From Chiloscyllium plagiosum (taxonomy: Eukaryota), in the NCBI RefSeq assembly GCF_004010195.1, contig NC_057720.1:25583007-25647006 (forward strand): a stretch of DNA of 64,000 nucleotides, written 5' to 3'. Positions within the stretch are counted from its first letter, which is position 1, and every line of letters begins with the position of its first letter. The translations under genes and the position numbers were made by a program. Below the pieces are notes generated by a model. The model did not search any database, was not told the DNA's origin, and saw only the letters and a program-made list of their open reading frames with translations. Shown here piece by piece: positions 12,880-23,919 of this stretch.

Positions 12880-13260
12880 ATGGAGACAATAGAGAAGGTG
12901 TGAGCATTTTGCTTGGAGCAGAGTAAGTTAGGGGAAAATTTAACAGAAGTGCTAAAAATTGAGAGATTTTGATAGAGAGTACATAGGGAAAAATTCATTC
13001 CACCTGCAAGTAAGTCAGTAACCAGAAGACTCCAATTCAAGCTAATTGGCGATGGAACCAGGATGGAGAATTGGAGCAAAGTGTTAGGATCTGAAAGGTG
13101 AAAACTGGTTGATGGAGTGGTGAAAGGAGTTTCAGTAATAACTTTCTGAAGAACAATGGACAAAAACTGATATAAGAAAATATTGCAGGACTATGGAGAA
13201 AGAGCAATAATCCATACATGCACACCAGACTTATTGGCTCTCAACTGTGCTGTAAGGTTT
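12880..13260 (+). mobile_element. Old CR1 LINE 3' end
   Basis: Degenerate LEQ..LG..LTEV.KI...FDRV motif and CR1-type 3' UTR. Confidence 0.6.
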
Positions 13261-13448
13261 CAAGAGTGAAGCTGACCAGTCAACATTTCTAAACTACCCA
13301 TATTTGTACTCAGATGGTGATAGTCTTTTCTCTTGAACTGCTGAAGTCCCAGAGCTGATGGTACTCCCAACATAGTTTTGGATAGGAATTCCAGGCTTTT
13401 GATCCTGAAGTTATATTTTTTATATTTACGTCAGAATGTTCTATAAAA

Positions 13449-13545
13449 TAGAGTCTTAGAGATGTATAGCACGGAATTAATCCCTTTGGTCCAATTTGTC
13501 GATGCCGACCAGATATCCTAAACTAATCCAATTCCATTTGGTCCA
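13449..13545 (-). mobile_element. CR1 3' tail, inverted
   Basis: Reverse complement of the HER1-like tail at 14170-14255. Confidence 0.75.
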
Positions 13546-13554
13546 CATCCGAGT

Positions 13555-13630
13555 TCCGTCACCACACCTAACCCCGCCCCCACGACGATCTCCGTCACCA
13601 CGCCTAACCCCGCCCCTTCGCCGATCTCCG
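13555..13630 (+). repeat. 36-bp GC/CpG-rich tandem repeat, about 2.1 units
   Basis: TCCGTCACCACACCTAACCCCGCCCCCACGACGATC followed by TCCGTCACCACGCCTAACCCCGCCCCTTCGCCGATC and TCCG. Confidence 0.9.
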
Positions 13631-13752
13631 ACAGCACAAACCCTCCAACCCTGGCAATATCCCTGTAAATCTTGGGATTGTCTAATTGTCGGAGATTTCT
13701 TGCACCTCCCTCAGTGAAAACAGACATAAAGTAATCATTTAGTTTCTCTGCC

Positions 13753-14262
13753 ATTGTGAAACTTGAAAGGGTTCAGAAAGGATTTACAAGAATGTTGCCA
13801 GGGTTGGAGGATTTGAGCTACAGGGAGAGATTGAATTGGCTCGGGCTGTTTTCCTTGGAACGTCGGAGGCTGAGGGGTGACCTTATAGACCTTATAAAAT
13901 CATGAAGGACATGGATAGGATAATTAGACAAAGTCTTTTCCCTAGCATGCGGAAGTCCAGAACTAGAGGGCATAGGTTTAGGGTGAAAGGGGAAAGATAT
14001 AAAAGAGACCTAAGGGGCAACTTTTTCATGCAGGGGTTGGTACATGTATGGAATGAGCTGCCAGAGGAAATGGTGGAGGCTGATACAATTGCAACATTTA
14101 AGGGGCGTTTGGATGGTTATATGAATAGGAAGGGTTTGGAGGGATATGGGCTGGGTGTTGGCACATGGGACTAGATTGGGTTGGGATATCTGGTCGGCAT
14201 GGACGGGCTGGACCGAAGGGTCTGTTTCTGTGCTGTACATCTCTATGACTCTATGACTGTAT
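13753..14262 (+). mobile_element. CR1 LINE (HER1-like) 3' end
   Basis: [24 protein letters not shown]; tail (CTATGACT)n. Confidence 0.92.
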
Positions 14263-14279
14263 ATTACAAATTATCCTGA

Positions 14280-15340
14280 CTCTGCTCTTAATTTGTCTCA
14301 GCAAAACATTTCTTTATGTATCAGCATAAGCTTTAGAGTCCCTTTTTATGTTTCCAGCTGGATAGTATTCATCATTCTATTCTTCTTTAACAGTTTCTTG
14401 GTAGTTTTTAGTGCATTTTTAAAAACTTCTCAATCCTCAGATTTACTACTATTTCCTGTCACTTTCTAAGTCTGTTCTTTTATTGTCATACGATCCTTCA
14501 CTTTCTTTGTTACTCCAGTTGACTGACATTTTCTTTTGTGATTTTGCAACGTGAAGGAATTTATGGTTGATGCAAGACATGTTATAGCTCTTGAAAGACT
14601 TTATCTATTGACTGCATACAGTCAAGCCTTTTAATGTGTTTTCTCAATCCAGCTCAGCCAACTTATGCCTCATGCTTTTTAAAAAAATTCCCTTATTCAA
14701 ATTTATCAACCTTGTTTTGAATTGAACTACTATTTTCAAACATTATGTAAAATTCTGTTATATTATATTCAATCCTCTCTGCAGGTTCTTTTACAAAACA
14801 GGCTTATAAATGGGACCTATATAATTACATAGTACTAGCTCCAAAATAGCTTGTTCTCCAGTCGCTCTTCAAAATGCTGCCCTAAAAAAAGTCCCCAAAA
14901 CTTTGCAGAAAATTCTCCTTCACAACTTTAGTGCTTGATTTCTTTAGCCAGTCTAAATGAAGATTGAAACAATTGATTAATACTGTGTTGCACATGCTAC
15001 ACATTTCTTTCATCTCCTAACTCATGCCCTACCCCATATCACTATTATTACTATTTGGTGGCCTATGTATAACTTCAAACAATGCCCACTGCCCATTGCT
15101 GCTTCTTAACGTTGTTTTGAACAGAAATCTTCCCTTACTAATATACTGGTCCCATATTTGCACAAGTACTGTGCGCTTCCTTCTTCTCTGCCCTTCCTAA
15201 ACGTTGAATAACCTTAAATATTCAGTTTGAAGTCCTTGCCAGCATGCAGCCATGTTTCTTTATCAGCAATGCTCTCATAATCATTTACCTCTATTTGTGT
15301 TTTTTTTTAGATAATCTACGACATGCATACAGATAGCATG
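14280..15340 (-). mobile_element. Very old CR1 fragment
   Basis: T-rich plus strand with weak similarity to the antisense of the CR1 endonuclease/linker region. Confidence 0.35.
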
Positions 15341-17224
15341 CTCTTAAATTTAACCTCGCCCTGCATTTGAGGCATATTCAGTGCTCATCTTTGTTTCTGC
15401 TGGCTTCTAGTCTCTCTGGTACCTTTTTGACCTTTTGTTACCAGCTTAACTCATTTCTAATTTGGTTTGCCGCTTCAGTTTCCATTACTACCTAGTTTGT
15501 ATACTTCCAAAGCAAACACACATTTGCATGAGTGCCTTGTCCAGTGTGACGGACAGTATCAGCTGCACTAGAAGCAATTTGAAGTACCTATAAACCTATT
15601 TGGAGGGTCTGTGGTTTCTTCAGAGCCAGCCCAAACAATGTCATGATATCAATTTTTTTTGTCATCCTATCATAACCATATACCAATCATTTCTTTAGAA
15701 TTGTCTGTGAACTATGGATTTGCAGAAGATTGTTTATGATTCCGTTTTACTTTTCAAGTGTTTTAGCTTAGAAATAATCAGCAGCAAGATAAAGGGTTCA
15801 GTTCCTACATGATGAGAGAAAGCTATTTAAGTAAAAGATCACAAAATTATTAGCTCAAACACAGAGATTTAAAATAAGTGTTAAATTTTCAGTATGAAAA
15901 TGAGATCAGAATCTATTTTCACTGCAGACCTCACTTGCTTTAAAATTCTCTTTAAGAGGCGAAGGAATTGAAGTTTAACGTCAGAATGTAGCAGTTGTGA
16001 TGGCTTTGGCAGTTAAATAGTTGGAGGTTGCTCCATGGGGAGACTGGGAAGAACAGGTCCTGGGAGGGAGAGAAACTCCAAGGTCTTGCTTTTATAGCTC
16101 TCGGTCACATAGTTCAGGACAGAGAATGATGCTGCATGAATGGAGGAAGCCAATTATAGAACTTCAGGTTTTTATAGGTTGACTTTTTCGCTGGTTTCCA
16201 GACGGCTTCTAGACCCCTGAAGCAATATTCAGTTGAAGAAACTAATATTAGATTGGTTGTTATTCACTGGGTTGGGTCCAGGAGAATGTTAGAATCATTT
16301 CATTCAAGCGATGGGGAGGCATCAAATCTTCCAGCTGCATTTCAGTATGTCTATGAGGAGCTGGGGTGATCACTGTTCGTGTGCATTAGGTGCCCTCCTC
16401 TCAACCCTTCAGAGTATGGCAATGTCAACACTGCAGGGCATTGGTGATTTGGCCAGGATTGCAGCATGGGGCGCTCAGGCTTTCAAGACCATGGTGTATA
16501 ATACTTTAGAGTTCCACTCTACCGATTATGATAAATGATTTACTTTTATTACTGAGAAAAGCAGGCAATAGGCAAGGCACCAAGTTCAGGGCATAGTCAA
16601 GGTTGAAAAGAGTAGGGCAAAAGCTGAAATAAATTATTAAGCAGCGTCCCACTGACAACAAAATCAGGTGCTAAAAGTCTTCACAATTGAATTTAACACA
16701 ACTGTGAAAATTAAATTTTGCTTTAACCATTTTTACATGAATACTTATTGATTAAAACAATGGGTCATCAACATCTTCATCTTTTTCTTCACCATAGATA
16801 ATTGGTTATCATTTCACATTAAAAGAACAAAAGTTAGCAAAATGATACAATATAATTTTCTTTCTCATATTATGTACAGCACATCAGGTTTCTTGATTCA
16901 ATGTATTCATATTCTTTTAATGCTGCAGTCCTTCATGTTCTGGGTTAAGTGCACAATAGCCTGTGGTAATACCTGCCAGTTTGCAAAAGCTTGTACTCTA
17001 TTCAGTTACAATAATTTTAATCAAACTTAAGAAGAAGCATGTCATTGCAATTTAATTAAAAGTGATTATTTTCTGGTCCAAATTACTGATATTTAAATAA
17101 TTTCAGAGATTGTTAAATATCAAAAAGGTAATAGAATTAGCTAATTCAAGGAATATACCTGGTGTGACAAAAAAGGAAATATTTTTGCCACATGGCGTAA
17201 AAAGGTATTGGTTTCTTTTTGGGT

Positions 17225-17370
17225 CTGTGATAACACTTTCATCTCTGATTTACAGGATCATGGGTTCAAGCCCCATTCCAGAACTTAAGCACATATTCTA
17301 AACTGATATTTTTATGCAACATGGAGAGAGAGTTGGACTATCAGAAGTGTGGTCTTTCACCAGAGTGTTG
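17225..17370 (+). mobile_element. tRNA-derived SINE head (Deu-SINE-like)
   Basis: B-box GGGTTCAAGCCCC followed by CCAGAACTTAAGCACA..CTGA. Confidence 0.5.
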
Positions 17371-18902
17371 AATAAGTGTAACTTTACTCTTATCATAGTT
17401 ACTGAGCATCTATGTAAGGAACTATATCAGTGATATCAGGTCATGTGGAACTATAGCCTGAATCTGAAGGTTTGCAGAAGATGTTCTGTCTTACCATCCC
17501 TTGTATATAGTTTTGTTTAATAGAAGCAAGGATGTTCACCCAGGTAAGTGTAGACTGGTTCTTACTACATGGTAAAAATGGGTATCAAATTCATAGAACT
17601 GGAGGCGAGCACCAAGGAGCGTCTGATGGTGAAACCCTTTGACAATATAGCCCTATGAATGAGGGATGAGGCCAATCCAATGACCCAACTCTAGAGGGAC
17701 TCTCTGAAGAGCAGCTCAGCAGTGACAGAAAGCAATGTGTGATAGACATCAGTAGCACTGGATTGTGTAGAGGTGAAGCATTCATTTAAAAAAAATGCAG
17801 TTGAATATAGTGCAGATCCAGAAGACAATACAATTCTTAATTTCTTGGAAATGAGAGAATACAAATGGGAGTGAAGAAAGAATCCAAAGATGAAGGTGAT
17901 GAGTCACAAGAGGACATTCCATACCTTTATTTGATCTTGCAGGGCTGGGAGATAGAGAAGGAACCTACTACTCACATTGTTAATTCAGTGGAGATAGAGG
18001 AGCTAAACTTTGCATTCTAGTGGTACTCTGCTATTAGATCTCTGCTGCCTCTTTCGAGGTAAGTAATTTGTTTAAGGAGTTAGTGAAGTTCTTTACTGAT
18101 TTCTCAGAGCCTGCCAATGACATACAACAATAACAACAGAAACAGCAACCTCATATTGTCTGTGTTTTGGACACTTTGATGGTTGATGTATTAAAAACAC
18201 TTTGCCCAAGTGCTGTTGTCAGTGAAGCAAACAGAAGGACACAGAATTTGGCTTGAATTCCAACTGGATTTTCTTAATAAAATATTCCTTATTAACAACA
18301 CCATGTGTGCATTGTTCCAAATTCCCCCAATATCAATATCTAGCTGTCTGTCTGAGAAAGGATCCACACCTTTGAGCTGGGCTATTGGAATCTTCTTCTT
18401 TGACATTGGGCTAGCTCTGTTCCATGAAGGTGAACCTCACAGACCAGGGTGGATCCTTTCACTCTCTTTTGCTCATTGTCTCGTGCCCACTGTCTTGCTC
18501 TTTCCAGATAATCAGACTTGCGCAGCTGGGTCAGATCAAGTCTTTGCTGAGGGGTTGGATTCCAGGACTGTGCTTTATACCCCTTTGCCCCAGACTTTTC
18601 TGAATGTTCTGTCACCTCTGAGTAATGGGATAATAAGTGTGTTCAAAGCCTCCTCCAATGGGGTCATGCAAACCCCCTCACTGTTGCCATTCTGGGAAGG
18701 TGTAAAGTGCATGGCCTCAGGTACTGGCTAGGAGTCAAAGTGTTAGAAAATCTTATCGATACTCCTCCAATACACAAATCTCAGGCTAATTCTAAGTGGT
18801 TCCCCGGAACCTTAGTGACCTATCTGACCTTAGTTTGCACTGTTCCCTGTAGCCAATAGCTGTTGGCTGCTGTTTAATTTTGTTTGGTCAATTTTCTGTC
18901 AG

Positions 18903-18973
18903 GGCATGGATGAGTTGGACCGAAGGGCCTGTTTCCATGCTGTACATCTCTGTGACTCTATGACTCTGTGACT
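18903..18973 (+). mobile_element. CR1 extreme 3' tail
   Basis: GGCATGGATGAGTTGGACCGAAGGGCCTGTTTCC..(CTCTRTGA)n. Confidence 0.85.
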
Positions 18974-19199
18974 GATTTTGATGCCTATGTATCCTTGACA
19001 AAGTTGCAGACAATTCTACTCAAGGTAAAGGAACTGTCAGTGTTACAGGCTAAGTGCAAAATGCAGGCACAAGTTGTAGATACTCTGAACCTTAAAGGGA
19101 CAGTAGTCGAAGAAGATATTATATTAGTTCAATCTCTAATGAACACACTAAAATTACTGCAGTGAACAAAGTAACAACATCTGAGATATCTTGGATAGT

Positions 19200-20060
19200 G
19201 GAGTTAGAAAGGGAAGGAGGTTCATAGGATCAATACAGATTCATGGACAATTAATTATCTGGTAGGATGGATAATACACCACTTTTATTAACAAAAGTTA
19301 ATTTTATGCAATAAATCCTTAAAATGATGAACAGGAGACATCATTTAGAGGGAAATATCAAACTTCAGAATTGGCTCAATACGTGATAGTTCTATAACTG
19401 CAAACAGCTAATAGAAGACTGTGCAGAGAAAAGGAGATACTTTAGTCTGAGTTGCATTGTAACAATATTCAATGGTCAGAATTTTTTAAACTGCCGAAGA
19501 GGCAGCTGAAGTCTACAATACATTCATCAACAAGTCATGAAATTCTTGAGGTTTCTTCTCAGCCAAAGTTTAGAGGACAGAGTACAGAGTTTGTAGTCTT
19601 GCTAAATGCATTGGAAAAGCTTCAAGTCAAACATTAAAAGGAGCTCTAACAGATCAAAAAGGAAACAAAAATTAGAGCTGTCTAACTACTTCAAGAAACA
19701 CAATGCTATCAAGCCTCAGACTGAAAAAATAAGCACAAGATTTCCAAAAATGTTCCAAAATGACAGCCAGTGTTATCACACAATTGACACAACAAAGAGC
19801 TACTTTGATGGAGGTAAACGTCTCTCTCTTTTATGGAAATATTCAGAGCTCCAAGATCATTGTGATTGATCATTGCTGAAGAAATGTTTCTGAGACAATC
19901 AACGAATGATAATCTGCTATTTGAAAAATAAACTCTTAAAAGGGAGACAGAGAGAATCCAAATCTTGATTTAAATTTGCAAAAGGTTATTATGGAAAAGC
20001 AAAGTCTTATTATTGATGGAGAGCATCTGCAGAATGTGGATAATCTTTTGATAAATAACT
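19200..20060 (+). mobile_element. Possible old RTE-type LINE remnant
   Basis: A-rich with broken frames; LIIDGEHLQNVDN resembles the I.I.GE.LE.VD.F motif downstream of RTE RT domains. Confidence 0.35.
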
Positions 20061-21344
20061 TCAGAATATATACAAACCACAGTGCGATGCAGGAGTCTTT
20101 TATAGATCTTGCTCCAGAAGCCTCTTTCCTTACTGACGATGATTCACTTTGTATTTCTACGCAAATATGTTTGACTGTAGATGACCAGCCCCATGCTGAA
20201 ATATCTCTGAAACTGATAGCACTATTGAGATAACATTACGCTCCTACTCTCTGAGTCAGGGGGAAAACCTCAATTTCCCCATCTACAAACTGCTCTTCAC
20301 CCTTCCTTTCATCCACCAATTTCATCCCTTTCTCAGAACTGGCCACAGATAGTATTGAAAGAGAGAATTACATTCTGTCATCATCCTTTTAAAGGGTGGC
20401 AATGTTAAAGTGTTAGAGTTACCTCTACAATCAAATTTTCTCACAGCCTAAGCCAGAGTCTGTAGGATCCTAGAGGATGCCCTCTCTGCCCATCCTTTGT
20501 ATATAGTTATTTTTAAAGAACCTTGTTAATGTTCACTCAGACAAATGCAAGCTCAATCTTTAAAATAAAGCCATGTTAATTTAAGGCACTGTTTTCCCAG
20601 TAAGGTGGATGCAAAGGTTGACAATTCTATTTAAAGAATAGTAGGCAGGGTATTTTCCCAAGGTCATGGGCAAAATTTTTCCACATCAAGGGAATCAAAA
20701 GAAGATTAACTAGTGGCTGGGTAGAATGCTGTGTATCTGAGTTGATGAGGCTGAGGTGGGAATGCCAGTGAATTGATGGCATGATTGAAATGCATACCCT
20801 TCTGATCATAACCAGAACTAAGTTCACAGTTGGAAAGTTGGTGGTTCAGCTTCCTTCTCCACTGTGAACTGGGGCCATTAATTGAACGGTTAAGGACTAT
20901 TTTATGGCCTCATCCCACCACCACAAAGGATTAACCCTGCTGCGATGCGACTCGTTCAATAAGTAAACCTGTGCTGGCAGCTTGTCAGCTGGGAAGGAAT
21001 GCAATCTGTGGTTGACTGAGAAACTGGACAAATGGCAGAGGAGTGTTGGCTGAAAGTTTGCCCCTTGCTCTTGCTTCTGACTTTGTGCTGTTCTTTCCCT
21101 GTGCCAGCCGACTCCAGAATGACTTCTCTTTCTCACACATCACTTCTGTTTGACCTTGGTTATCTGTCATCCTGGGTATCCTTAAGGAAACAGCTCCTCC
21201 CAAGCAATGCTGATTGTGAAAACTGCCAGCTTCTGATTGGCCAGCAGCGCTCGACGTGGGGATGGGGGAGGTTCAGACTAGTTAATTCTATGTGAAGGCT
21301 TGTCACTGACTGCATTCATGACATGTTGGCCTTATGTTTCTATT

Positions 21345-21829
21345 CAGATTGCAGATTTGTAATTGCAGATACATTCTATTTTGTTCCAAAAGCAATCAAT
21401 CTGTAGACAATCAGTCAATGTGATGTTCTATAAATTTCTACTTTGGAAATAGAGCTGGTCTGACTCAAGTTTGGGATACAGACAGACTCTAACCCCAACT
21501 TTTAGTGCATTGTCTGAGCTGAAATGTCACCTTTTTAATATATACTGATAAAGCCTTAATTTATCTCAGGACTGTGACTTGAAAGAAGTTCTGGGATTTA
21601 CATATTAATGATCAACATCTGCATTCTCATTCTAAGTGATTAAAGACTTAACATCAATCTTGGTTTGTTCAATACACTGCATCAGTTATATGACACTTCG
21701 ATCTTTTACTATAAATTCTGTGTCCTATAATACTATTCCAGTATCTACCTGTTGAAGGAGCAGTGCTCTGAGAGCTAGTAATTTCAAATAACCTGTTGGA
21801 CTATAATCTGGTGTTGTGTGATTTTTAAC
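21345..21829 (+). mobile_element. PLE family C long terminal region with decayed hammerhead
   Basis: Ends in TAC CTGTTGA AGGAGC AGT GCTCT GAGA GCTA GTA..TTGGACTATAATCTGGTGTTGTGTGATTTTTAAC, homologous to 31258-31343. The 5' boundary is uncertain. Confidence 0.65.
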
Positions 21830-22199
21830 CAAGTGAGAAAAGACATTCTACTTACACGTAGATGAATTAATGTGGTATATGAAGTTTATCTAGTACAATG
21901 CTAGATGTTCAGGCCTTGTGTTCTAACAACAAACAGATCACATCAAACAGCATATCCATTTGACCATTCGCAATAAGCAGAGTATTGAGCATACGGAATG
22001 AGCTTGTGCTTGCAAAGCAGAATTTAATATCCACTGCTAAATGCATTTCTGCAGTTCGACTGCACTTATTGAATCATACTGAGAGCACTAAAATTATCAG
22101 TTGGACCCACAGTGCCTCACTCACACTTGCTAGAAGCCACATGTAGCTATACCAAAGCACCTGTCCTCTGCATAAAAAAGGAACAACTTCAGGCATCGT

Positions 22200-22400
22200 A
22201 CATTTTTGGATTAAATAAAGTCTGGATGACAGTAGTTCCTGGATGCATTCTCAAGTGGCAATACTTTGACCAATCAGAATTAACTTGGCAACCAATCACG
22301 ACCCTCTTCTCATGCATAACTTGGATGCTTTCTTTGAAATTTGGCATTCTTGCATTGTTCCTGATGAACACAAGACAAAAAATTTCAACAGCACGTCCTT
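22200..22400 (+). mobile_element. Family E repeat terminus: two CCAAT boxes then a hammerhead-like motif
   Basis: CCAATC twice (about 22270 and 22292), TCTTGCA at 22348-22354, CTGATGA at 22361-22367, then ACACAAGAC AAAA AATT TC AAC. Confidence 0.4.
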
Positions 22401-22405
22401 CTTTT

Positions 22406-22479
22406 TCCTGGTTAGCGCAGATGATTATAGCATGATGCTAATAATGCCCACATGTTGGGTTTAGTCCTTAAACAGGCCA
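22406..22479 (+). pseudogene. tRNA-Ile(AAT) pseudogene or tRNA-Ile-derived SINE head
   Basis: Ungapped 74-nt alignment to the vertebrate tRNA-Ile(AAT) sequence as I recall it, about 50/74 identical; anticodon loop CTAATAA kept; acceptor and T stems broken. Confidence 0.65.
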
Positions 22480-22514
22480 GCACTTCTGGCTTTCAACTCA
22501 GACTTTAATTCTTG

Positions 22515-22625
22515 GTTTTTGTAGTACAGTGGGAGTATCTGTTCCATCACTGAAGAGGCCTGGGTTCAAGTCCCACCTGCTCCAGAGTTGTGTAATAACA
22601 TCTGTGAACAGCTTGGTTTGAACAT
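22515..22625 (+). mobile_element. Short tRNA-like SINE
   Basis: B-box GGGTTCAAGTCCC then ACCTGCTCCAGAG..AACATCTGTGAACAG; related antisense copy near 35735-35795. Confidence 0.55.
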
Positions 22626-23089
22626 ATTTATATTTCTTGCTGAAATATTGAAGTTCTGTGCTGCCAAATAGATAGTTAATTCTGTCAAGACATATATAGA
22701 ATCAAAAGCCAACTTCCCTCAAGTTTAATGCACCTTAACACAATTAGTATTTTAGTGAGGAGATCTGAGTAGCATTTCAAACTGATCAATTTAGAAAGTG
22801 TTAGATTCATTCAAATATGCATTTCATGATATAGAAAATGATGTACCTAAGGGCACATCTCATTTTTTTTAACATGCCCTTGTGATCTTATACTTTCCTC
22901 TTGAGTTACTCACAGGAACATTATCACTTACAAATTGTTTAACATAATCATTGTCTTCCTTCAATCATCTCCTTCAGCAAGTTGTCTTGCCTTAGAATAA
23001 AAACCCATTCACTCTTGTGCCTTTTCTTGCTGATATCGACTAACTATCTTTCCTCCTCTATATCCTGAGATCATTTTCATTGTTATTGA

Positions 23090-23365
23090 TTCATGGGGCG
23101 TGCATATTCCTGGCTCATTTATTGCTCATCCCTAATTGTTAAAAGTGCCATTGCTATGGATCTGGAGTCACATGTAGGCCAGACCAGGAAAGGATGGCAG
23201 ATTTCCTTCCCTAAAGGTTTTTTCCTGACAATTGACAATGGTTTAATGGTCACCATTAGACTCTTATTCCCAGATTTGCCATGGTGATATTTGAACCCGG
23301 ATCCCCAGGACATTATCAAGCACTTTGGATGAACAGTTTAGTGATAATACCACCAGTCCATGTCC
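23090..23365 (-). mobile_element. tRNA-derived SINE
   Basis: CTGGAGTCACATGTAGGCCAGACCAGG..GCAGATTTCCTTCCCTAAAGG, the antisense of the 1570 family. Confidence 0.75.
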
Positions 23366-23619
23366 TTAACTCTTAGCTTCTCTACAACTGATTCACTCAA
23401 CATTCTGCAAAACAACATTTCACTACTTTCTAGTATTTAGACATCCATTCTTCTCAGTGTCTACATTTCAGCCCCGTATATTGAAACATAGTCCTCTGTC
23501 ACTGTGCAGCACAGGAAAAGGAGGCTTTGGCTCATCAAATCTGAACTGGTCAAGTAAAAGCACCTAACTGTTCTACCCCAATTTTAGCACTTGGCCCAAG
23601 TACATATTTAAATACTTCT

Positions 23620-23908
23620 TAGAATCCCTACAGTGCGAAAGTAGGCCATTCAGCCCATTGAGTCCATTCTGACCCTCCAAAGAGAATCCCACTCAGATCC
23701 ACTTTCCTGTATTTCCCCTGGCTAATCCACTGAACCTTCAAATCCCTGGACACTATCCCTCCATATCTTTGGACTGTGGGAAGAAACCAGGGCACCAAGC
23801 GACATAACAAGAACATACAAACTCCACACAGACAGTCGCCTGAGGTTGGAATCAAACCTGGGTCCGTGGTGCTGTGAGGCAGCAGTACTAACCACTGAGC
23901 CACATTGC
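23620..23908 (-). mobile_element. V-SINE (HE1-like)
   Basis: Antisense of GTGGCTCAGTGGTTAG..CTGTCTGTGTGGAGTTTG..; tRNA A and B boxes. Confidence 0.88.
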
Positions 23909-23919
23909 TGCCTGACTAT

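Noticed and set aside
13555..13630. SPRR-like peptide as an endogenous hepadnavirus core tail
   Set aside because: Only about 25 low-complexity codons, with no flanking core or polymerase similarity.
18210..18731. 173-aa plus-strand ORF and a DIDIG motif on the minus strand as a retroviral protease
   Set aside because: No recognisable domain or splice context; the motif lacks the DTG/DSG signature. At most an unidentifiable old repeat.
22406..22479. Functional tRNA-Ile gene
   Set aside because: Acceptor stem and T-loop (TTCG changed to TTTA) are disrupted.
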